DNA from: Cytophagaceae bacterium UBA6715 | GTDB lineage: Bacteria > Bacteroidota > Bacteroidia > Cytophagales > Spirosomataceae | Direction: 5' to 3' | DNA length: 64,000 nt | Assembly: GCA_002454335.1 (NCBI GenBank) | Contig: DKIP01000020.1 | Coordinates: 22,101-86,100, forward strand | In this document: piece by piece, positions 52,224 to 60,650 of the stretch | Layout: every line of letters begins with the position of its first letter | How positions within the stretch are numbered: the stretch's first letter is position 1 | Translations under genes and position numbers: made by a program | The notes under the pieces: generated by a model | Told to the model about the DNA's origin: nothing | The model's input: the letters and a program-made list of their open reading frames with translations, nothing else | The model's database searches: none

Positions 52224-53279
52224 TTATATCGTTATTTTTCGGTCACGTGCTACTACTTTCCAAACTCTCCCATCTCCTATTTGTAAATATTGATGTAAAG
52301 CCACTGTAGGACAAATATGGTAGGGATACATTCGAACGATGTCGCCAATGCTTATTGTAGAACTATCGCCTACTTCCACAATCCCATGTTCTTCGCTTTG
52401 GCTCAACAGTTTCCATTCCGGATGATCGATAAATTGTAATCGATTATCGATTCCATTTTCGGGGGCTACGGATTTATGGCCAACATCAATACAGATCGTA
52501 TGATCTGTAGGGATTGAAATAACACGTCCAATCACCTGAACGGCTAATTCAAGGCTATTGGAAGGATATAATTTGGCATATCCAGTATCAAAGAACACAA
52601 ATGTTCCGGGACTGCAGACATAATTAGGATTAGAATGGTGCACTAAGAAACTTGGCGTTCCTCCTACCACAAGTTCTAAATCTTTCCGAATTTGTGGCAA
52701 TAGCCCATAAAATGATTGAAAATCCTGCTCGACATGTTTCTGCCTTTCTTCGATTTGCACATCACGAATATGGCCATCGTAGGCATGCAATCCGGATAAA
52801 ATCAAATTTGGTAATTCCTCGATGAGTTCAATCAAGGGTAAAGAATCTTCCGATTTAATTCCCGTCCGATTCATTCCCATATTGAGATCTACAAATACCC
52901 GTTGCTCGTTTGAAACTTTGTTTAAAGCATGTGCCGCTTGGGTATCATCCAGTAAACAAGCGAAGGATGTTTGGGGATATTTCTTCTGTAGATCAATAAA
53001 ACGTAACAAAGTTGTACCCGTAGGTTGCATGGATAACAGCACATCAGGTGCTTCATCTAAGGCTAGCAATTCACATTCCGCAATAGTAGCAGCTTTAAAT
53101 TTGGTGATTCCTGCAGCTAAAAGTAGTTGATTTACCTCGCGCGTTTTATGCGTTTTTATATGAGGTCTTAATCTTGCTGGATTGTTATCTACTTGATTAA
53201 GAACCCATTGAATGTTTTTCTTGACAATCTCAGGATTCACCATTAATCCAGGACTTTCTATGTTGGTGAAGTTGATCAT
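52224..53279 (-). CDS. Fold-type III PLP enzyme, D-threonine aldolase/D-serine dehydratase-like
   Basis: LRPHIKTHK (PLP Lys), RTG, HAYDGH, GGTP, SEEH and PYHICPT motifs. Confidence 0.85.
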   Translation of the reverse strand: MINFTNIESPGLMVNPEIVKKNIQWVLNQVDNNPARLRPHIKTHKTREVNQLLLAAGITKFKAATIAECELLALDEAPDVLLSMQPTGTTLLRFIDLQKKYPQTSFACLLDDTQAAHALNKVSNEQRVFVDLNMGMNRTGIKSEDSLPLIELIEELPNLILSGLHAYDGHIRDVQIEERQKHVEQDFQSFYGLLPQIRKDLELVVGGTPSFLVHHSNPNYVCSPGTFVFFDTGYAKLYPSNSLELAVQVIGRVISIPTDHTICIDVGHKSVAPENGIDNRLQFIDHPEWKLLSQSEEHGIVEVGDSSTISIGDIVRMYPYHICPTVALHQYLQIGDGRVWKVVARDRKITI

Positions 53280-54055
53280 AATGCTCGGTCTAAATGAACA
53301 TATCCGCCATCTACGTGGATGAGTTGGCCAGTGGTATGACTAGATTTAGGTGATAATAAAAAGGCAACCATCGCTCCTATTTCGTCAGCCGTAGTCATGC
53401 GATTTCCCAAAGGAATTTTTGCTTCAATTTCTTTTAGTTTTGATGCTGGATTTTCAAGTGTTTGAATCCATTTTTCATAAAGTGGTGTAAAGCATTCTGC
53501 CACAATAACTGCATTAACTCGAATGTTATGGGGCAATAATTCTACAGCCCACTCACGCGTGAGCGCATTCCGACCGCCGTTAGATGCCGCATAGGCAGAA
53601 GTTCCGCCTTGTCCCGTTTCAGCTGTTTTTGAACCGATGTTAACAATCGCTCCTTTGGTTTTAATCAAATAAGGCAAACATGCTTGGGCCATTAAATAAT
53701 AGTGAATCAAGTTGGCATGCAACGATTGCATAAACTTTTCATAGCTTCCGTTGGCAAGACCTACCCCATCATTTACCCCTGCATTATTGACTAATCCATC
53801 GATTCGACCAAACATTTTTACGATTTCAGAAACCACACGTGTACATTCATCCGGTTGGGTTAGTTCGGCAACGAATGAAAAGGCTTGTCCGCCAGTGGCT
53901 TGAATGATATCGATGCAGGCTTGATTGTCAGCCTCGTTCCTACCAACTATTGCTACCATGGCTGATTCTAAACCAAGTGAATGACTAATTCCAGCACCAA
54001 TGCCTTTGGCACCTCCAGTTACAATAATGACCTTTTCTTTGAGTCCTAAATTCAT
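53276..54055 (-). CDS. SDR, probable L-fucose dehydrogenase
   Basis: NNAGVNDGVGL, TGQGGTSAYAAS.G..ALTREWA and VDGGYVHLDRAL motifs; fucose-cluster context. Confidence 0.8.
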   Translation of the reverse strand: MNLGLKEKVIIVTGGAKGIGAGISHSLGLESAMVAIVGRNEADNQACIDIIQATGGQAFSFVAELTQPDECTRVVSEIVKMFGRIDGLVNNAGVNDGVGLANGSYEKFMQSLHANLIHYYLMAQACLPYLIKTKGAIVNIGSKTAETGQGGTSAYAASNGGRNALTREWAVELLPHNIRVNAVIVAECFTPLYEKWIQTLENPASKLKEIEAKIPLGNRMTTADEIGAMVAFLLSPKSSHTTGQLIHVDGGYVHLDRAL

Positions 54056-54056
54056 A

Positions 54057-54875
54057 TTAGTCTAATGCGTAGAAGTTTTTACAATTATGTTCATTGATTT
54101 TTGCTCGTTCATTTTCGCTTAATGCAGTGATGCATGATTGATAGACTGCAATCCATTCGTCTAATTCTCCAGCTACTTTTACTACGGGATAGTCCGTTCC
54201 AAATAGCAGTCGGTCAGTTCCAAATACCTCTAAAGCCACCTCAATTACTTCTTTGATTTGCGATGGCTTCCATGAATTCCAATCGGCTTCCGTGATTAAG
54301 CCCGATATTTTTGCCGAAACATGTTCCAACTCTTTAAATGCTTGAATATCTTGCTTCCATTGCAGTAAGTTTCCCGACTTGATAGGTGGTTTAGCCAAAT
54401 GGTCTAAGACGATTTTTTGTTCTAATGCTTGGCAAAATGTGATTCCTGCAGCTAATTGATGCGGTAAAATCAGCAAGTCATAGGTATAGTCGAATGCCTC
54501 TAACGCACGAACGCCACGCTTAAAAGCTGCACCTTGAAGAAATTCTGGGTCTTTTTCTGCCTGAACAATATGCCTAAAGCCTTTCAATGTTTCGAATTGC
54601 GAGAAGTAACTCAAACGATCTTCTATGTTAGCTTGTTGTAGATCCACCCAGCCCACCACGCCTTGAATGAAGTCGGATTGTTCGGCTAATGCCAACAAAA
54701 ACAAGGTTTCTTCTTCGGAGGATGATGCTTGAACTGCAACGCAACTTTCAATTCCTTTGGATTTAAATAGCGTTTCATTAGGATAGAAATCGTATTGAAT
54801 CACCGCCATGTCAGCAGTTATCCAAGTATCTCGTTCCGCATCATAATTCCAAAAGTGTTGGTGTGAATCGATCAT
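54057..54875 (-). CDS. Amidohydrolase, probable L-fucono-1,5-lactonase
   Basis: IDSHQHFW, VGWVDL, GFRH, LDHLAKP, AKISG and FGTDYPV motifs. Confidence 0.82.
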   Translation of the reverse strand: MIDSHQHFWNYDAERDTWITADMAVIQYDFYPNETLFKSKGIESCVAVQASSSEEETLFLLALAEQSDFIQGVVGWVDLQQANIEDRLSYFSQFETLKGFRHIVQAEKDPEFLQGAAFKRGVRALEAFDYTYDLLILPHQLAAGITFCQALEQKIVLDHLAKPPIKSGNLLQWKQDIQAFKELEHVSAKISGLITEADWNSWKPSQIKEVIEVALEVFGTDRLLFGTDYPVVKVAGELDEWIAVYQSCITALSENERAKINEHNCKNFYALD

Positions 54876-55720
54876 GATGAATAGGAAACGGCTTTTTGTT
54901 TTTGTTCACCTAAACCATCCATTCCAAGAGTTACAACATCCCCAGCTTTCAAGTAAATAGGAGGTTTAAAGCCTAATCCCACGCCATGCGGCGTACCCGT
55001 TGATATAACATCGCCAGGTAATAAAGTCATGAACTGAGAAATGTAGGATACGACTTGTGGCACGTTGAAAATCAACTGATCGGTATTCGATGTTTGAAAT
55101 CGTTTACCGTTTACATCTAACCACATGGAAAGATTATGGACATCTGCAATTTCATCTTTTGTAACCAATACAGGCCCTAAAGGAGCAAATGTATCACAAC
55201 CTTTGCCTTTGGACCAGTTCCCACCACGTTCTAATTGGTATTCGCGTTCTGAATAATCATTGTGTAAGCAATAACCAGCCACGTAATCATAAGCATCTGC
55301 TTCCGAAACATATTGAGCCTTTTTACCCATGACAATGGCTAATTCCACTTCCCAATCCGTCTTTTCGGAACCTTTTGGGATGATGACATTATCATTGGGG
55401 CCACATAGAGCCGTTGTACTTTTGAAGAAAAGGATGGGTTCTTGAGGGATTTCAGCTCCTGTTTCACGGGCATGATCAGCATAATTAAGTCCTACACAAA
55501 TGATTTTGGAAGGACGAGCGACACATGAACCCATACGTGAAGGGTTTTTAATTTCAGGTAAATCCTTGGTTGCAAGGATATGGGCCAATTTTCCTAAACC
55601 ATCTGCAGTAAAAAATGCTTCATTATAATCGCTGATGTGTTCTGAAACATCCCAATATCGGCCCTCGATTAATACGGCCGGTTTTTCTTGTTCAAAAGCA
55701 CCTATTCTTACTAATTGCAT
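54872..55720 (-). CDS. FAH family hydrolase, probable 2,4-diketo-3-deoxy-L-fuconate hydrolase
   Basis: CVGLNYADH, DWEVEL, NDYSER, KGKGCDTF and STGTP motifs. Confidence 0.82.
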   Translation of the reverse strand: MQLVRIGAFEQEKPAVLIEGRYWDVSEHISDYNEAFFTADGLGKLAHILATKDLPEIKNPSRMGSCVARPSKIICVGLNYADHARETGAEIPQEPILFFKSTTALCGPNDNVIIPKGSEKTDWEVELAIVMGKKAQYVSEADAYDYVAGYCLHNDYSEREYQLERGGNWSKGKGCDTFAPLGPVLVTKDEIADVHNLSMWLDVNGKRFQTSNTDQLIFNVPQVVSYISQFMTLLPGDVISTGTPHGVGLGFKPPIYLKAGDVVTLGMDGLGEQKQKAVSYSS

Positions 55721-55723
55721 GGA

Positions 55724-56401
55724 TTATAAAGATTTAATGGTTTCCCACATCGTTTCAGCTAAGAATTGATTCCCAGCCTCTGTTAAGTGAACACGATCCG
55801 TAGTTAAAATACCTGAAGCCTTGTTTTCGATGTTGTTTTTCTCTTCATAAGTCAAAAACGCCTTGCGTAAATCAATCAATTTACATTGATTATCTGCAGC
55901 AATTTTGCGGATGATATTAGAATATGCATTTAAATCCCCATCGTTTTCGTTGGTCGCATCATACTTCTCGCCAATGACCGTAGGTGTGCAGATAACTACT
56001 TGAATATTAGATTTTTGAAGGCGTTTAATTAAAGCATTGTAGAACCGTTCAAACTTGTCGGCATCTGTTCCTGTTCTCGATGTTGTTTTATGCCAAACAT
56101 CGTTAATACCTACATAAATGATCACGATATTAGGTTTCTTCGCAATCACATCATCTTCATGGCGAAGGTATAAATCATAGATTTTATTTCCCCCTATACC
56201 GGCACCGATTAATTCGTATTTACTCGCTAATCCTAATGTACCTAACATTTCAGCCATCTTGGTGATATATCCGGTTTTACCTACTCCTGCTTGGGTGATG
56301 GAATCGCCGAAAAATACGATACGTATTGGGTTTTCTACTGTTTTGAATGCACTTAGGCTCAAGCTAAGCAATAGGATAATGCTTAATATTTTCGATTTCA
56401 T
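55724..56401 (-). CDS. Secreted SGNH/GDSL esterase
   Basis: Signal peptide; FGDSIT, GIND and DRVH motifs. Confidence 0.85.
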   Translation of the reverse strand: MKSKILSIILLLSLSLSAFKTVENPIRIVFFGDSITQAGVGKTGYITKMAEMLGTLGLASKYELIGAGIGGNKIYDLYLRHEDDVIAKKPNIVIIYVGINDVWHKTTSRTGTDADKFERFYNALIKRLQKSNIQVVICTPTVIGEKYDATNENDGDLNAYSNIIRKIAADNQCKLIDLRKAFLTYEEKNNIENKASGILTTDRVHLTEAGNQFLAETMWETIKSL

Positions 56402-56405
56402 AGGT

Positions 56406-57146
56406 TTAGTTGTTTAAGTAAATGAATCCACCGTCAATTGGATAATCGCAACCTGAAATAAAGGATGCTTCATCCGAACATAAATATAAGGCTAAATTAG
56501 CAATTTCAGAAGGCTGTGCCATCCGGCCTAAGGGTTGCGTTTTGGATAATTTTTCAAACATTTCGGCTTGATTGTCAGGATAATTTTTGGCAATGAATCC
56601 ATCTACAAAAGGTGTATGTACGCGACCAGGTGAAATACAATTACAACGTATCCCTTTATCAATGTAATCTTTCGCAACCGATTGCGTCATGGATTTAATG
56701 GCTCCTTTAGTCATCGAATAGCCAAAACGATCTGGAATTCCGACTGATGCAGCTACGGAAGCCATGTTTAGAATGACACCTGATTGCTTTGTAACCATGA
56801 AGGGAATAAAGGCTAACATACAATGATAGGCTCCTTTTACATTCACGTCAAAAATCTTTTGAAAATCGATTGGACTGGTTTTTTCTAGGTTTCCGATTTG
56901 GGGTATACCAGCATTATTGACCAAAATATCAATTGGTGAAATGCGCGTAGCAATTTGTTCCACCACTTCGAAATCAGTGATATCTGCTTGGTGGTAATTG
57001 ATTTTTGGCTTTGGGTCCTTTGGTAAAGATAAGTCTATGACATGTACCTCAGCGCCTTGTTGTTGGAACAAGACTGCGATAGACTCTCCTATTCCGGAAC
57101 AGCCGCCCGTTACCACTACTTTTTTTCCTGTTAATGAGAATATCAT
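56406..57146 (-). CDS. SDR, probable 2-keto-3-deoxy-L-fuconate dehydrogenase
   Basis: DRFGYSMTKGA, RCNCISPGRVHTPFVD and QPLGRM motifs; context. Confidence 0.78.
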   Translation of the reverse strand: MIFSLTGKKVVVTGGCSGIGESIAVLFQQQGAEVHVIDLSLPKDPKPKINYHQADITDFEVVEQIATRISPIDILVNNAGIPQIGNLEKTSPIDFQKIFDVNVKGAYHCMLAFIPFMVTKQSGVILNMASVAASVGIPDRFGYSMTKGAIKSMTQSVAKDYIDKGIRCNCISPGRVHTPFVDGFIAKNYPDNQAEMFEKLSKTQPLGRMAQPSEIANLALYLCSDEASFISGCDYPIDGGFIYLNN

Positions 57147-57164
57147 TGTTTTATTTTTTGTCTA

Positions 57165-57182
57165 TAGTCGCTAGTCACTAGC
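57165..57182. repeat. Short degenerate heptamer repeat TAGTC(G/A)C, about 2.5 copies
   Basis: TAGTCGC-TAGTCAC-TAGC. Confidence 0.45.
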
Positions 57183-57189
57183 AAAAATA

Positions 57190-57241
57190 TTAACTCTTAA
57201 CTCTTAACTCTTAACTCTTAACTCTTAACTCTTAACTCTTA
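57190..57241. repeat. Perfect heptanucleotide tandem repeat (TTAACTC)7 plus TTA
   Basis: Read directly in the 98-nt spacer between the UxaA-family gene and the SDR. Confidence 0.97.
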
Positions 57242-57244
57242 TTT

Positions 57245-58891
57245 CTATAGTGATACCCCTCTTCTCCAGAACATAAAATCGTCCTGACCTAAATCCATCG
57301 CTTTTGTCGTGATTTCTCCTGAAGCTAATTTGATAATGTATTCCAAAACTTCTTCCCCCATTTCTTCTACTGATTTTTCTCCTCGAATGATGGGACCACA
57401 ATCAATATCAATGATTTCAGGAAGTTTTTCTGCTAGCCGAGTATTTGTTGATAATTTTACCATCGGACTAATCGGATTACCCGTTGGAGTTCCTAATCCC
57501 GTCGTAAATAATTGGATTGTTGCTCCTGCTCCGGCCATTCCTGTTGTTGCCAGAACATCATTTCCGGGCGTGCAAACTAAATTTAAGCCCGTTTTTGTCG
57601 CATATTGACCATAACCTAAGGCATCTACAATGGGCGAAGATCCAGCTTTCTTTGCTGCTCCTGCCGATTTAATCGCATCGGTAATTAAACCATCTTTGAT
57701 ATTTCCTGGGGATGGGTTCATATCAAAACCGGCGCCAACGGCAGCGGCACGTTTTGCATATTCGCGCATCATGAGTCCGAAATTATTGGCAACCTCTGCA
57801 TTCACAGACCGGTTCTGTAATTCTTGCTCAACGCCACAAAGTTCTGGGAATTCAGCGATCATGACCGTTCCACCTACACCCACTAATAAATCAGCGGTAT
57901 GACCGATGGCTGGATTGGCGGAAATGCCTGAAAAACCATCCGATCCTCCACATTTAACCCCTAAGCGCAAAGCAGATAAAGGTGCCGGCTTTCGGGATAA
58001 TTTGTTGATTTCAATCAAACCTTCAAAGGTCTTCAAGACAACATCATTTAAGATTTTTTCTACGCCACTTCCTTCGTCTTGTTGTTGCTCAAAGAAATGG
58101 ATGGGTTTACTGAAATTTGGATCTTTCTCGTATAATTTCTGTTTGAAAATCTCGATTTGAGAATGTTGGCAGCCTAAACTTAATATCGTGATACCACCTA
58201 CGTTTGGATTTACACAATATCCAGCCAATAATGCACAGAGATTCATAGAATCTTCTTTATTTTCTCCACATCCACTTTCGTGTGTCAAAAATTTGATACC
58301 ATCTACATTGGGGAACAAAGGACTTTTGGAAATAATAGCGTCAGATGAACTATCTCCTAATTGTAGTTTCTCCCCTGCTTCAAACTGTTTTCGTAAAGTG
58401 ATAACCTGATTAGTCACAGAATCGTTTTTTTGAAAGCCAAGGCCTTGAATGAACGCATTCTTTATTAATTCTATGTTCCTATTTTCACAGAAAACGAGCG
58501 GAATCACTAACCAATAGTTTTGGGTGCCCACTTGGCCATCTGCACGATGAAAGCCGTTAAATGTTCTATGTTGGAATTTACTAACATCGGGACTTGACCA
58601 CGTATATTCCTTTTGTTTACCCACAAAATCTTGTGAAGCATGGTGTAAATTAAAGGTATGGATTAATCCACCTTTCGGGATATCTTGGCTCGCATGCCCC
58701 ACTAATACGCCATACATATAGGCATTACCATCTTTTGGAATAGCTTCCGTTGAGAATTTATGTTTGGCGGCAATGTCATCTTGTAAGATGATTTCATCAC
58801 CAGCGTGTTGAATAACAGTTCCTTTTTTTAAGTCCTGTAGGGCCACGAGTAAATTATCAGTAGGGTTGATTTGTAAAAATGTACTTGACAT
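57245..58891 (-). CDS. UxaA/altronate dehydratase family sugar-acid dehydratase (SAF plus catalytic domain)
   Basis: HKF..YG...G SAF domain; H..GCG, LSLGCQ, KCGGSDGFSG.SANP and NPSPGNIKDG motifs. Confidence 0.9.
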   Translation of the reverse strand: MSSTFLQINPTDNLLVALQDLKKGTVIQHAGDEIILQDDIAAKHKFSTEAIPKDGNAYMYGVLVGHASQDIPKGGLIHTFNLHHASQDFVGKQKEYTWSSPDVSKFQHRTFNGFHRADGQVGTQNYWLVIPLVFCENRNIELIKNAFIQGLGFQKNDSVTNQVITLRKQFEAGEKLQLGDSSSDAIISKSPLFPNVDGIKFLTHESGCGENKEDSMNLCALLAGYCVNPNVGGITILSLGCQHSQIEIFKQKLYEKDPNFSKPIHFFEQQQDEGSGVEKILNDVVLKTFEGLIEINKLSRKPAPLSALRLGVKCGGSDGFSGISANPAIGHTADLLVGVGGTVMIAEFPELCGVEQELQNRSVNAEVANNFGLMMREYAKRAAAVGAGFDMNPSPGNIKDGLITDAIKSAGAAKKAGSSPIVDALGYGQYATKTGLNLVCTPGNDVLATTGMAGAGATIQLFTTGLGTPTGNPISPMVKLSTNTRLAEKLPEIIDIDCGPIIRGEKSVEEMGEEVLEYIIKLASGEITTKAMDLGQDDFMFWRRGVSL

Positions 58892-58892
58892 A

Positions 58893-59231
58893 TTAATTAG
58901 TTAAGCTAAAAATTCGTTTTGTTAATACCCATTTTTCGGAAGGTTTAGATCCAGGGATGCGTTGTTGGAATGTATCCATTAGGGCTTCCCATGCTTGCAC
59001 CGCATCATTGTTCTGATCGGCTTTCGATTTGGCCTCAAATGAAAAAGTTTCGTTCGCTTTAAGTTCCATGACCAAACGATTGCCAAAGCGATAAATTTCC
59101 ATAGATTCGATACCTGAATCTGTGATGCTTTTGGCAATTTTTTCGGGTATTTGCTTGTGGTAAGCTTCATACTGCTCGATGGAAGCCTCTTCGTCCACTA
59201 AATCTAAAATTAAGATATACTTATGCTGCAT
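58893..59231 (-). CDS. L-rhamnose/L-fucose mutarotase family (DUF718) protein
   Basis: LDL....I..YE.YH, GI..MEIYR.GNRL.M and WE.LM..FQ pattern. Confidence 0.82.
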   Translation of the reverse strand: MQHKYILILDLVDEEASIEQYEAYHKQIPEKIAKSITDSGIESMEIYRFGNRLVMELKANETFSFEAKSKADQNNDAVQAWEALMDTFQQRIPGSKPSEKWVLTKRIFSLTN

Positions 59232-60558
59232 CGGATGTTATACTTGAACCTTTGTATGCATAAAAAACAATATATGCGAAGCATAGCAAAGGTATTGTTA
59301 AAGCAACATTGGTATTAATTTTAAATAAAGAAGCAGTAAATGGGGGAATAATAGCCCCTCCTACAATCGACATAATGATTAAGGAAGATGCCAATTTTGA
59401 TCCTTCGCCTAAATTTTTGCAGGATAATGCAAAGATGGTAGGGAACATGATCGATTGACAAAAATACACCATCATTAAAGCCACAACTGCGGTTATTCCA
59501 CCACCCAACATGGCGATAATTAATGAAACAACGGCTCCTATGGCATACAAGCCTAATATTTGATTAGACTTATATCGTCCCATCAGGAATGTGCCTAAGA
59601 ACCGACCTAATAAAAATAAAATAAAAGCGAATGAGGCATGAAAGCTTGCCATTTGGGTAGCCGACATCCCGGATGAAATTTGATATATTTTCTCAACAAT
59701 CCATAAGTTGGTATCAGGCGCATAATCAAGTTTCAAATCAACAAAATTGCCCCAAAGAGTAACTTGAGCACCAATGTTTAAAAATTGGGCAATGATTCCC
59801 AATACTAAATATTTATGCTTGAGTAAGTCTTTAATTCGCACATTTGAGTCCTGATCTTCGGCAGATTTTATTTCAGGCATTTTTGTAAGCGCGAATAAAA
59901 TGGCTACAAAAGTTACGACACAACCTATGATTAAATAGGGACTTTGAACGGATGCTGCATGGGCTGTACGAATGGCTTCAGATTCAGCTATTGGCATGGC
60001 CGCTAACACTTCCCTACTATATTCCTTATCAGAGAAAATGAAAAATCCACCGATGACGGGGCCTAAAATGATACTCATTCCATTAAAGGATTGCGCAAAA
60101 TTTAATCGAAAATCACCTTTAGCAGGATCACCTAATACGGTTACATACAAATTAGCAGCTGTTTCCAAAAAGGCGATGCCACTAGCAATCATAAATAGGG
60201 CAATCAGGAAGAATGAATATGATCTTACATCAGCCGCAGGATAAAAAAGGAAGGCCCCTGCAGCATACAAGACTAGACCAAGAAGTATTCCCATTTTGTA
60301 GCCATATTTCCGCATCACGATTCCTGCAGGTAAAGCCATGACAAAATAGCCTAGGTAGAATGCTGTTTCTACGATATTCGCTTGCCAGAGTTGTAAATCC
60401 AGCGCCGTTTGAAATTGTTTGACTAATGTCCCATTTAAACTATTTGCAAGGCCCCAAAGGAAAAACAAACTTGTCACAAGTATTAAAGGAATGGTATAAT
60501 TGGTTTTGCTGTCAGCCTGAACATGAACGGAGTTCTGTTCTGAAGATGGTAATGCCAT
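59221..60558 (-). CDS. fucP: L-fucose:H+ symporter (FHS family MFS)
   Basis: LFFLWG, FLETAAN.Y, RLNFAQSFNG and SIMFPTIF motifs. Start set at ATG 60558. Confidence 0.85.
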   Translation of the reverse strand: MALPSSEQNSVHVQADSKTNYTIPLILVTSLFFLWGLANSLNGTLVKQFQTALDLQLWQANIVETAFYLGYFVMALPAGIVMRKYGYKMGILLGLVLYAAGAFLFYPAADVRSYSFFLIALFMIASGIAFLETAANLYVTVLGDPAKGDFRLNFAQSFNGMSIILGPVIGGFFIFSDKEYSREVLAAMPIAESEAIRTAHAASVQSPYLIIGCVVTFVAILFALTKMPEIKSAEDQDSNVRIKDLLKHKYLVLGIIAQFLNIGAQVTLWGNFVDLKLDYAPDTNLWIVEKIYQISSGMSATQMASFHASFAFILFLLGRFLGTFLMGRYKSNQILGLYAIGAVVSLIIAMLGGGITAVVALMMVYFCQSIMFPTIFALSCKNLGEGSKLASSLIIMSIVGGAIIPPFTASLFKINTNVALTIPLLCFAYIVFYAYKGSSITSDAA

Positions 60559-60650
60559 GTGAATAAGTTTAGTAGGTAAAGTCAAAAGTCCTTTCAATTT
60601 ACCTTCTTTTTTCCTTAATTTTAAAACACTTAACAAACTAAATCTATTTC

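Noticed and set aside
57190-57241. Possible CRISPR array
   Set aside because: It is a 7-nt tandem unit with no spacers, and there are no cas genes.
57309-58409. Chain of plus-strand ORFs opposite the UxaA-family gene
   Set aside because: Antisense shadows in register with the real gene, with no recognisable domains.
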